A DNA stretch of 64,000 nucleotides from Takakia lepidozioides. Its lineage: Eukaryota > Plantae > Bryophyta. Both the position numbers and the translations under genes were made by a program. Shown here piece by piece: positions 22,834 through 34,890 of this stretch; position 1 is the first letter of the stretch; every line of letters begins with the position of its first letter. The notes under the pieces were generated by a model. It ran no database searches. It was not told the origin of the DNA and saw only the letters and a list, made by a program, of their open reading frames with translations. Location: contig CM060732.1 in the NCBI GenBank assembly GCA_030704615.1, positions 22,878,001 through 22,942,000 on the forward strand, given 5' to 3'.

Positions 22834-25469
22834 GGATGGGAATGCTATCTATGAGTTCCCTCCATTGCCGGCAGGCGCAGGCCCAAACGACATGCTGGCA
22901 GGAATGAACAAGAAACATGACGGCCACCCTTGGTGTGTCACCAAAACTTCATCGTCGAACCTGGGTGATGGAGTTCGAGTGAGATATGTATTGTGTGTTG
23001 GGCATCTTAAATGTTTCTCAAGCACATGTTACCACTACACGAGCAAAGGCACCCGGAATGAGACAGACTGGATTGGCAATTTGTCGACCCCATTTTGGCC
23101 TCAAGATAGAGTTCCTGCAGGGACGTTCAAGTGTGCCCATTGCAACGCAGCCCCTACGTGTATGGCAGTGTGCAACGCCAAGTAGTACTATGTCAGGACC
23201 GTCGGCCTAGCGTGCACCAGAGCATGCATTCACATCGGAAAGCATGACCACCCCGTCGCCAGAGGCAATTGCAGAGTCGCTTTTCAACAAGCCCACGATA
23301 TTAACAAGGAGGAGGTGAGGTTGCGGCCGGGAGCAAAACCAAAGCAGATACAGCTCGCATCCGCACATAGAATTGCAATTGGCAGAATAATGTCAGAGGA
23401 CGGAAGCACAAGAGAGAAGCTGGGCGAGGGGGACATGTTGGAAGCTGTCTCCCATGTGTGCAGCCCCAATGTCAGGAACCACATTGTCGGCTGCAAGAAA
23501 CGAATCGGAAGAAGATCAGACATGCACTCCATCTTGGAAGTGAAGCGCACATGCGGCTACGACTTCATCCAGGGCAGCTTCTTTCCTGGTCAAGGCTCAG
23601 AGACGGACAGGTGCTTCATATTTAAGATGTCAACGTGCGGACCAGGGAGCGGTGTCGATTTGGTGAAGCGGATGACCAGTGGAGACCTCTCAAATTGCTG
23701 GGTCATGTTCGACCACATCAGGCGAATTACCAACCACGATTGGGTGACAATGGGGGCACATGTATACGACCCACATTGCAGAAAGTTGATGACCATTGCT
23801 ATCTGCGAAATGAAAAAAGAAGACACAGATTCGGAGTTGCATATGTGGCGCGGAATTAATGAGCAAATGGCGAGAGCGAAGTTGCCCCCTCCCAATTTTA
23901 GGGGCTTCATTGCTGACAATGCCCAGGCAAATTGAGTTGCAGTGAGAAGGGTATATGGGGACGACCCAAAGACTCCAATGGAAGGTAAGGAGAGATCTTG
24001 CGGGTTTCACTTCATGCAGAGTTTGACGCAAAATACGAAAAGGTTCGTGGCGTCACGCCACCGGCAGGATCATATCAGTATGTGGCTTGCGTGGAAAAAT
24101 GCGAATTCCATCGATGAGGCAGAGACCAAGTTTGCAACCATACGCGCCTGGTGGGGGTCTTCAGGGGCAGTGGATGTGAAAGATCAGCCAGAACTGCAAA
24201 CGTGGCTTGCGTGGTGGCACTATAGATTCCGCCAGTTTGGACACTACATGAGACAAGTAACACATTTCTGTACTTGACAATTGTTCTGTTTTGTGCTTGG
24301 ACATTCTCCACAATGAGTGACATTTGTAATTTCCTTCAATAGGACATGAGCTTGGAGGATGACACGGATATGCCGACGATGAACATGGCCGAATCGGTGC
24401 ACTCTTCCTGGCGTGCTCCCTCTGCGGCACATCTCGTTGACATGTTGATAGCAACAACAGAAGATATTGTGAGGGCCATCATGCAACAATCTCGTTACTA
24501 CCAGTTTCTAGGAGGAAAGCAATGGGGTATCGGACCAAACAGGCAGGAGATGCTGATGAGGGTGGCGCATCGTTCAACCGATCCCAAAAATTGGACTGCT
24601 GCATTGCGGGAAACAATAAGGTCAACGCCGTTACACAGTCGGGGGAACTGCCTGGAGGGCGATGTCCGCAGCCGGCCGGTGAAGAGAAGAATTGAGGACA
24701 TGCCCGGAGGCGATGGCGATTCATAGAGATCAGATATGAGCATCCGCACTCAACCTCGGGGCGCAACGATGTTGCGTCCCACGCCTCCTCCGTGGAGGCC
24801 ACACTGAAAGAGTTTTGGTTCTGCAGGCACGACATCATGTGTGTGTGTGTTCGGCAAGCCCAAGTATGGTGTACAAGGCATGCCTCAACCACCAGCAGTC
24901 TGGCCTGTACTGGTACAGATCTTACCCTGGAGGAGGCAGACGCTTTAGGAAGTGCAGGGTTTCGACTGGTGGAGAGGACAGACGTTCCATGAAATCCAAT
25001 TCCCAGTCGTCATCCTCCTCCCACGAGAAGCTCTTTACCCCGCATACCGGTGGGTGACCCCGCAGCTTGGCCCACCCATCGGTGGGGGAAACTGAAAAGA
25101 CGGCGGCCACCAATAAATGCGAACGACACCAGGATGGCCAACGCTCTTGCAATGCCCTGCATAGTGCAAGGTTGCAGGGATGTTCCTCACCCCGGGATGG
25201 GGCGCATATTTCAGTTGTCAACAGCCGGGTCTGCTGCGCGCAGTGTCGTGTATGCAATCACGGTTTATCAGTACCCAGCTTGCAACTGTGAGGACTTCCT
25301 TGTTATGGAATCGAAGAATGCAGCATACGTCCCCTGCAAACACCTTTATTACATTTTTCTGAAGCGCATGAGTTGCATATCCGCAGTGGACGTCTTCATC
25401 CATGCTCCAACACTGAGCTTCAACAAGCTGCACAAGGCCCTACGACAGGATACAGGTCGGACTGCTTGA
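22834..25469 (+). pseudogene. MULE transposase copy 1 (GCM-like/DDE/SWIM); intron ~24257-24342; several stops
   Basis: HDGHPWC..C.GH.KC, VMFDH, FIADNA, SCGFH, NMAES.H, CNCEDF..PCKHL. Confidence 0.9.
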
Positions 25470-25925
25470 CATTCCACATTCGGGAAGGAGAAAGTGCCAA
25501 TTATATTACATTCATTTTCTTGGGGGGGTGCTATTCCGTGAGCCTGGAGGCGTGAGCCTGTGAGCCCAGGAAAGCGTGAGCCCAGCACAGGCTCACGCCA
25601 CGTCAGCATGCAAACAGTGCCTATTTCCGCGGATGTCACCTATTTCCGAGTGGTGTCACCTATTTCCGCGGGTTGATGTGGGGAGAATTGAGAATTGAGA
25701 ACAAAGTGGTTTGTTTGTTTTTGCAATGTACTCAAGTCTGTGAGGTCCACAAAACAACAAATATATTGAAGGAACAATCCGGGCAGTCCATGCAACCCCC
25801 ATCTCCAACAATAGTTTGGAACCATGAATGTGAATTCCATGCACACATTGCAAAGAGGACAATAAGGACACACAACCATCCCATTTCAAATTTGTCCCAG
25901 AATTAAACCAAAAGAATACTTCATA

Positions 25926-28900
25926 TCAAGTGTCGCAGTCATCACAATCAATGTCCACCTCCTGTGCTATGTCATCTACAAAGATTCTGGCCCCAACACC
26001 ACGTGTTCTACGAAGGCCATCGCAAGGTGGACTCTGAGTGCCATGAACGGACATGCTTGCTGCGAGTGCCTCCGCATAGACAGGTAGCACACAAGACCGA
26101 GGAGGACTGAAAACAAGTCCAAATAGGTGTGATAGCCCAGGAGGGCAAGTGGAAGCACGCGGACTCCTACACATGTCCACAAAATCCCATTTTTAACACA
26201 ATGATGCAATGCACAAGTCCAACGAAGAGGATGTCTCCCATGTGCACTTTGCCTCAAGAACAGCGATTCTCGATATTGAAACAACAATGCAAGCATGCAC
26301 AGGTTCAACTTACTCACAGGCAAAGTCGGAGTCCAGCTCCTTGTCAGAAGTCTCCTCTGTACCAGTATCAGCGGGACGGGGCTTCGGAAGGACCTGAGAA
26401 GTGTGTCCACCCAAACCCATCAGGAGGTTCTTGTAAATCTCAGCATCCCCTTCAATCCCAAAGACATGTCGCGCACTGGCCTTGCAAGCGTGGTACGAAG
26501 CACCTGCAGTGGAATAGAATGAAGTAAGCAGACATTGAAGACACATTCGGAACGGTGGAAAGTGCTGAAAGTGCAAGCTCAATCAAACCTCATGAAATGT
26601 GAATGTTGAAGAGACGAACCTGTGCCCATCGACAAATCCAGAACTCTGGCGTCTGTGTAGGTGCAGCACTCCACAATCGTTTGAATGAAAGCCGGGCTCC
26701 TCTCCCTCGCCCCTCTCCAAGGAACCCCATTCCCCCTTCGCAAGCACACGTTGCTGTCGACGTAGTTGTGATGCATGTCATCCGTGGGAGGATCTGTCCT
26801 GTCATCTATGAACTTGCCCCCGTGAGTGATGGCAAACTCCGTAATGCCGGCCGGAGTCGTTGGTGGATGCACCCGGACGAGACAAACAGCTTCAAACAGA
26901 CGAGTCTGCGAACATGACATCCACAAGGAACTAAGAACCAAAATAAAATCGGGCCCCTACATATGAGTTGGAGCGACCTATACAACACAATCCCAGAACA
27001 AAAAAGAAGAGGAAGAAGAAGGGAAACTCACCATCTCTCCCGGACGATCCCCCTTCGTAAGGTACATGCTGTTCACACAATTCCATGTCTTCACGACTCT
27101 CATGCCCGAGGCTTTCAAATAGCTGGCAAGGGCACGGCGACACCGAACATCGATGGACTGGATGAGAACCAAAACACCTGCATCGGAAAGGAAGAAGTTG
27201 CAAAAGGAAAAAACCCACCGCCAGTAGCGCTCATCAAATGCATTCCAACCCGGACAAGCACCCGATGGAGGGATATCCGGGACTGCCAACCCATCAGGGA
27301 TGTCCAAGATGATGAGTTCCGCTGCATATGGCTTCTCCTTCCCGTTCACCCACGATTTGGTCATTTTAGCCTGCAAACAAAAATACAATGGAATTCTGAC
27401 AAGTTTATAAACGATCCATGCCCACAGCAGACAAAGAGAGCAGAAGCCACAGAACCCAAAGAGAACACGCACCGTGCTGAGGAACTCGACAATCCTCTCC
27501 CACACTGGTGATGGCTCGCCCTTGTAATCAGATTTCTTCGACTCCATCATTGCAAGGAACCCGACGTTGGCAATCTCCAACCTGGTTGGACGAATGACCC
27601 TCGTGGGATGTTCCACTGCATGGTACGGGTCCTTGGGATCAACCACCCCCTTGTTTTTTCTCCCGGATCCCCTACCATGCGGTGGAGTCTGCTGGACATG
27701 CTCCACAGGGCCAATAGCTGCAACACTTCCCTGCCCTTGTGCCACCTTCCCTCTACCCCTTCCCTTCCCCACAACACCAGCAACATCTTTTCCCTTTGCC
27801 TTTCTTCCTCTACCCGGGGTATCCTGAGCGGGAGGCTCCTTCTCTGCAAGAGTCCTCAGATTACGCTCATGAATGTCGAGGTCCGCTGCTGCGGCAGTGG
27901 CTGCAATACGGTCATTCTCTCTCCTCAAAGACAACTCTACAGCTGGGGTCTCTGAAGGAGGGCAATCCAAATACCAACCACAAGAAGAAAGATGGTCTGG
28001 ACCCCAGTCATGCAAGATCCCAGCAGTGAACATGGTCTGGTTGCCAGCAGGGACAAGCCAAAGGTCCACGAAATCTGGATGTTTGTCCAAGCAATTCTCT
28101 TCCAAGAGAACAAACTTAATGTACCTGCGTTAACAGACACAGCCTCATTTTCCAATGCACATATTGTGTCCCAGCTTTTTCAACACACCAGGAAGACCCC
28201 CTTAAACAGTATGCCACACAACACATTGCAACCACAACACAAGCAAAGAGTGCAAGGGTGTGCACCTGTAAAGGCATCGTTTCCAGGCTTCCTCTCCTTT
28301 TTCCTGCTGGTCAAGCTCATTTGTTCGACTGATGCCACCCTCCTTGCTGAACTCTCTAAAGAAACCAGAGTGCCACACTGTGGCTCTCCATTTCCTCATG
28401 TATGCTTCGAAGGAGACCTTCGGAGCTGTCATAGTGATGCCATAGTCAGCCAGCTGAGTATGCAGAACCGATCGGGCCCTTTCTTCCAACTGCAAAACAA
28501 TTGAAATGGAAGAATGAACCCAAAAACAGTCACAGCGAATGTAAGAGGCAATGGGAAGAGAAGGACAGGAAAAGAGAAAAGAAAGTGAGATACGAGAGGA
28601 CATCACACCTGGCTCCAGTAAGTGGCCTTGTGAAGCCAGGTGTCCAGCACATTGTCACTGACAGGAACGACACGCTGGGTCTTCTTCTCCTTCTCTGGCC
28701 TTGGGAACATGTGGGTATCCCTAACTGTGGGATCGGAGTTCCATATCTGTAGCCACTTCACCTTCTGTTCAGAAGACACGACGGCGGTAGACAACCTGTG
28801 CAACTTCTCCTGGGCCATCTCCGGCTTGCCTGGCTTGTTATAATGGTTTTTTATCTCCAGGAGAAACTGCGGCCCGAATGATGGGTCGGCCATTCTCAAC

Positions 28901-31900
28901 TGCTTCACAAAAGCACTCATTATTGTCCTTCTTGTAGCGTTCATCTCCTTCTGGATGTGACTTTCAACCCCCTTTGCTGTCCTTCTCTCCTCAGGGGTAG
29001 AGCTGTAGTATTCCAGTTTGCCACGCTCCCCTGCATCTGCAATGTCTTGCTGCAAGGGAATGCAAGAGAGTTGCATCAATCCAAGGTCAAGGGAGACAGA
29101 CAGAAACAAACATGTGGAAGCAGGAATATGGAAAGGCCAGATGAAGGAAGATGTATCTCACCGTGTACATGTACTCCATGAAAGCCTCACGGGTCAACGA
29201 GTACCATGTTTCCGAAGTCTTGGAGCTTTCGCATTTCTTATACATCTCTGCCGAAAGGATGGTCTTGAAGTTGGTCAAGGGCATCTGCCCGATCCTTTGT
29301 ATCCTATAAGTGTGTGAACCAGACTCGTTTTGACATGCGATGTCTCCGTCCCTCTGCAGAATGATATCTGAATTTCAGAATGTAATTCAAGGACTTGAAT
29401 CAAGGAAGAACGGAACCAGAAGTGCAACATGTACAATGAGAAACCAACCTGTTCACATCATTCATTGCCGTCAGAAGACCCATCATGTTGTCGTCACAAT
29501 CAAGCACCATCGATCGAACAGAGTAATGCCACTCTTCCTCCTGTGAGTGCAGCCTCCCAATGACAGCCATCCATGCAAGCAACCGGTGGTTGCCATCCCA
29601 AACGTGAAACATCTTCCCCGAGAATACTTGGGTGGAAGGTTTCCTGGAGAGAAGAAGTTCGAAGGATTCGTTCACCTGTCTCCAAATGGGGTCCCAGGAG
29701 TCGACGATTGACTCATCCAAAAGGAGCTCGTTACCTCTAGAATCCCTAGTAGAAACGTAAAAGACTGCGGATCCATCCAAATACCCATGAACAAACTCGG
29801 CCTCCAGCTTGAGAATGTCTTTGACAAGGGGTGGACGAACGACGGGCATGGAAACCAACCTACACAGGGGAATCTTCAACCTCCCACCAGGAGCAAGCAT
29901 ACTTTGAACCACAAGCTGAGAGTTCACCTTTTGACCCCCCAGCATCTCAGCGGCTTTGCTTTCATAAAACTCATCGTCAACATCAACTATGGTCTCCTTC
30001 CCCTGACCCTGAGGGACCTCATCCGCCACACTTTGCATTTTCTCCTGCAAGGTTGTTCACTCAAATTCTTATAAGAGAGGAATGAAACGTCGACCGATGC
30101 ATGAAAAAGTGGGATAAAAAGGTAAGTGTTCTTTGAGCTGCCAGGTAAGTGTTCATTGATCCTCACGGACCTGCACTATGTTCCCGATTTTCACAGGGAA
30201 AGAACATTGAAAAGTTCTGCTCAAATATCTGCCCATGAGGGCCGAAAGTTGCGCCCTTCAATATTCATATGTTCTGCCTAAACAGTGTGCGGTTCCGCAG
30301 ACTGTTTGAGCTGACAGTGAAGGGTTCATTTTATACTCAGAAATGTGCCCCTGAAGTCCAAATTTTGCACCCAGAAACATTGAAATGCTCAGCTCAAACA
30401 GTGTGCGTTGCCGCACACTGTTTGGGCTGACAGTGAAGGATTCATCTCATCCTCAGAGGGGTGCCCCTGAAGTCCAAATTTTGCAGCCTGAAACATTGAA
30501 GTGTTCAGCTCAAACAGAGTGCGTTGCCGCACACTGTCTGAGCTGGCAGTGAAGGGTTCATTTCACCCTAACATAACAGACATCAAGACCAAATTTTGAA
30601 CCCTAAAACATTGAAAAGGTCTGCTCAAACAGTGTGCGTTGCCGCACGCTGTTTGAGCTGGTTTTGAAGGGTTCATTTCATCCTCAGATAACAGACAGCA
30701 AAGACCAAATTTTGCACCCTTAAACATTGAAATGTTCAGCTCAAACAGTGTGCGTTGCCGCACACTGTCTGAGCTGGCAGTGAAGGGTTCATTTCACCCT
30801 CACATAACAGACATCAAGACCAAATTTTGCACCCTAAAACAGGGAAATGTTCAGCTCAAACAGTGTGCGTTGCCGCACACTGTTTGAGCTGGCAGCACAA
30901 TGTTCATTTCATCCTGAGATAGGTGCCCCTGAAGTCCAAATTTTGCATTAAGAAACATTGAAGTGCTCAGCTCAAACAGTGTGCGTTGCCGCACACTGTT
31001 TGGGCTGACAGTGAAGGGTTGATCTCATCCTCAGAGACGTGCCCCTGAAGTCCAAATTTTGCACCCAGAACATTGAAATGTTCAGCTCAAACAGTGTGCG
31101 TTGCCGCACACTGTCTGAGCTGGCAGTGAAGGGTTCATTTCACCCTCACACAGGTGCCCCTGAAGTCCAAATTTTGCACCCAGAAACATTGAAATGCTCA
31201 GCTCAAACAGTGTGCGTTGCCGCACACTGTCTGAGCTGGCAGTGAAGGGTTCATTTCACCCTCACACAGGTGCCCCTGAAGTCCAAATTTTGCACCCAGA
31301 AACATTGAAATGCTCAGCTCAAACAGTGTGCGTTGCCGCACACTGTCTGAGCTGGCAGTGAAGGGTTCATTTCACCCTCACACAGGTGCCCCTGAAGTCC
31401 AAATTTTGCACCCAGAAACATTGAAATGCTCAGCTCAAACAGTGTGCGTTGCCGCACACTGTCTGAGCTGGCAGTGAAGGGTTCATTTCACCCTCACACA
31501 GGTGCCCCTGAAGTCCAAATTTTGCACCCAGAAACATTGAAATGCTCAGCTCAAACAGTGTGCGTTGCCGCACACTGTCTGAGCTGGCAGTGAAGGGTTC
31601 ATTTCACCCTCACACAGGTGCCCCTGAAGTCCAAATTTTGCACCCAGAAACATTGAAATGCTCAGCTCAAACAGTGTGCGTTGCCGCACACTGTCTGAGC
31701 TGGCAGTGAAGGGTTCATTTCACCCTCACACAGGTGCCCCTGAAGTCCAAATTTTGCACCCAGAAACATTGAAATGCTCAGCTCAAACAGTGTGCGTTGC
31801 CGCACACTGTTTGGGCTGACAGTGAAGGGTTCATTTCATCCTCAAACAGGTGCCCCTGAAGACCAAATTTTGCACCCAGAAACATTGAAATGTTCAGCTC

Positions 31901-34098
31901 GAACAGTGTGCGTTGCCGCACACTGTTTGGGCTGACAGTGAAGGGTTCATCTCATCCTCAGAGAGGTGCCTCTGAAGTCCAAATTTTGCACCCTGAAACA
32001 TTGAAGTGTTCAGCTCAAACAGTGTGCGTTGCCGCACACTGTTTGGGCTGACATTGAAGGGTTCATTTCATCCTCAAACTGGTGCCCCTGAAGTCCAAAT
32101 TTTGCACCCTGAAACATTGAAGTGTTCAGCTCAAACAGTATGCGTTGCCGCACACTGTTTCAGCTGACAGTGTAGGGTTCATTTCATCCTCAGATAGGTG
32201 CCCCTGGAGTTCAAATTTTCCACCCAGAAACATTGAAATGCTCAGCTCAAACAGTGTGCGTTGCCGCACACTGTCTGAGCTGACAGTGAAGGGTTCATTT
32301 CACCCTCACACAACAGACATCAAGACCAAATTTTGCACCCTAAAACATTGAAATGTTCAGCTCAAACAGTGTGCGTTGCCGCACACTGTTTGAGCTGGCA
32401 GCACATTGTTCATTTCATCCTGAGATAGGTGCCCCTGAAGTCCAAATTTTGCACCAAGAAACATTGAAGTGCTCAGCTCAAACAGTGTGCGTTGCCGCAC
32501 CCTGTTTGGGCTGACAGTGAAGGGTTCATTTCATCCTCAAACAGGTGCCCCTGAAGACCAAATTTTGCACCCAGAAACATTGAAATGTTCAGCTCGAACA
32601 GTGTGCGTTGCCGCACACTGTTTGGGCTGACAGTGAAGGGTTCATCTCATCCTCAGAGAGGTGCCTCTGAAGTCCAAATTTTGCACCCTGAAACATTGAA
32701 GTGTTCAGCTCAAACAGTGTGCGTTGCCGCACACTGTTTGGGCTGACATTGAAGGGTTCATTTCATCCTCAAACTGGTGCCCCTGAAGTCCAAATTTTGC
32801 ACCCTGAAACATTGAAGTGTTCAGCTCAAACAGTATGCGTTGCCGCACACTGTTTAAGCTGACAGTGTAGGGTTCATTTCATCCTCAGATAGGTGCCCCT
32901 GGAGTTCAAATTTTCCACCCTGAAACATTGAAATGTTCAGCTCAAACAGTGTGCGTTGCCGCACACTGTTTGAGCTGGCAGTGCAGGGTTCATTCCATCC
33001 TCAGAAAGGTACCCATGAAGTCCAAATTTTGCACCCTTAAACATTGAAATGTTCAGCTCAAACAGTGTGCGTTGCCGCACACTGTTTGAGCTGGCATTGC
33101 AGGGTTCACTCCATCCTCAGAAAGGTACCCATGAAGTCCAAATTTTGCACCCTTAAACATTGAAATGTTCAGCTCAAACAGTGTGCGTTGCCGCACACTG
33201 TTTGAGCTGGCAGTGCAGGGTTCATTCCATCCTCAGAAAGGTGCCCCTGAAGTCCAGATTTTGCACCCAGAAACATTGAAATGTTCAGCTCAAACAGTGT
33301 GCGGCGCCGCACACTGTTTGGGCTGGCTGGGAAGGGTTCATTTCACCTGCAGATAACTGACTCCAAGGCCAAATTTTGCACCCTACAACATTGAAAAGAT
33401 CTGCTCAAACAGTGTGCGTTGCCGCACACTGTTTGAGCTGGCAGTGCGGGGTTCATTTCATCCTCAGAAAGGTGTCGTTGAAGGAAGAATTTTGCACCCT
33501 TAAACAGTGACATGTGCAGCTCAAACAGTGTGCGGCAACGCACACTGTTTGAGCTGCCGCTGAATGGTTCTTTCTTTCACAAATACCTGCCATTGAAAGC
33601 CGAATTCTTCACAAATATGGGTCCTGTACATTTTACCTTTTTCCTAGCTACTCGAGAAGACTCCCCAGTTGCCGGGGACCCTTTCCGCTTCGGGCTGCTC
33701 TCTTCGCCGACTATGTAGGTGAGCCTCTCCCCCTTCCTCTTTCCCGTGGTCAGATCGTTCGTGAGGCCAGTGTCAACATCTTCCTCCATGTCGTCTGTCT
33801 CTCCCTCAGACGCAGTGTCCTCCTCGCCTGTTCCTGGAACTATGGTGGGTTGTTGTTCTTCTCCAGATTCCTGCTCCTCCATCGCCACACTTTCCTGTAT
33901 TCCCTCTTCTTCCTCCTTTTCCTCTTCCTCCACTCTTTCCATCCTCATTCTATATCTAGCTCTATTCCTGTTTCTAGAACTCGTGAAGTATAATGACTTC
34001 CTTCTCTTTCTCCTCCGCTGGAAACAAGGGCTCCCCACGATGCCCCTGGAGCTCTCCAGTTTGACGTTTGCAACAAGTGCTGGTATCGCATGTAACAA
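25926..34098 (-). pseudogene. Multi-exon ParB/Srx-like plus beta-class N6A/N4C-methyltransferase-like gene, copy A (about 10 exons, at least one frameshift)
   Basis: Acidic first exon ends at 33637. ParB-like exon 30044-29449 (IPLCRL..VRP..F..GY..FHVWDGNHRL..MNDVNR). MTase part LIILDIPDG..FLSDAGVL..ERSPAFIQTIVECCT..VLDLSMGTG/ASYHAC..RHVFGIEGD at 27330-26400. GT-AG boundaries are shared with copy B. Confidence 0.8.
30190..33600. repeat. 116-bp tandem satellite (~29 units) with an 18-bp-stem palindrome, filling an intron of the ParB-MTase gene
   Basis: Period 116 (e.g. 31141, 31257, 31373...31721); core CAGCTCAAACAGTGTGCG-TTGC-CGCACACTGTTTGAGCTG. Confidence 0.97.
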
Positions 34099-34890
34099 AA
34101 ATAAAAATGGACGTTGTCAACCGTATTTGGATGCGGGTGTTGATATTGTGTGCGAACGGAATTCATCCATTTTGTCGTCTTTGTATTACCCAGCTAATAA
34201 AGCGCCGAAGAAAAAGAACATCCGTTGCATGCATTTGCGATATATGTCAGATGTACTTCGCCGCCTGCCAATACATGGCGGCCTCCTTGCCTTCTTTCAA
34301 ATTCGAATGCGCCGTAGAAATGTAGTGCTTTTTCAATTCCGAGCAGTTCTTCCAGATTCGCAATAATTGTTATGCTTCACATATGCATCCACGTGTGTTG
34401 TACTGCATGCCCTGTGGTTTTTTTTATGCCGTGACCGTCCCCATGGGGTCATTCGGTATAAAGGATTGTGTCGGATATGACCATGTGTTGCACACATTCG
34501 TGCGAGGTATCTCTTGGAGTGTCGGTGTTTGTTCTGTGCTATTCTGGCGCAACACAATCTCATTACAATCGGATCTTCCTGTTTACTGCTCTCCAGGGTT
34601 GTTGCCGTCATTTCATAATGGATGGTTTCATGTCATTTTCAGGGTTTGTTTTCCATCCAAAAACAGTACGGCTTCTTGTGGCTCTGGTCTTTCAAAACGG
34701 TTTTTCTGGTTGGTGGGAGGTGAAGGTGCACGTCATCCCTACATCCTTGGCATGCATCGCCGGCAGCCTTTGGTTTGGTGCTACCCTTGTTGACCTCAGT
34801 TTGCTGGTGGTATTTCCACTTTCGATAATTACGGGCTCTCAGTTCGGGGATTCCGTTCTGAATCGGCAGTTTCGTTCAGTGCTGGAAAAC

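Noticed and set aside
30190-33600. CRISPR-like array of regularly spaced palindromes
   Set aside because: The sequence between palindromes is homologous from unit to unit (no unique spacers), there are no cas genes, and the context is a eukaryotic intron.
25926-34098. Bacterial or phage contamination explaining the ParB-MTase; or orthology to Marchantia DN4MT1
   Set aside because: The gene has many GT-AG introns and lies in a TSD-flanked element; the SPPY-type motif is absent and orthology cannot be judged without a tree.
34468-34890. Hydrophobic N-terminal extension of the 822-aa transposase ORF
   Set aside because: Not conserved in copy 3; homology starts near the ATG at 34891.
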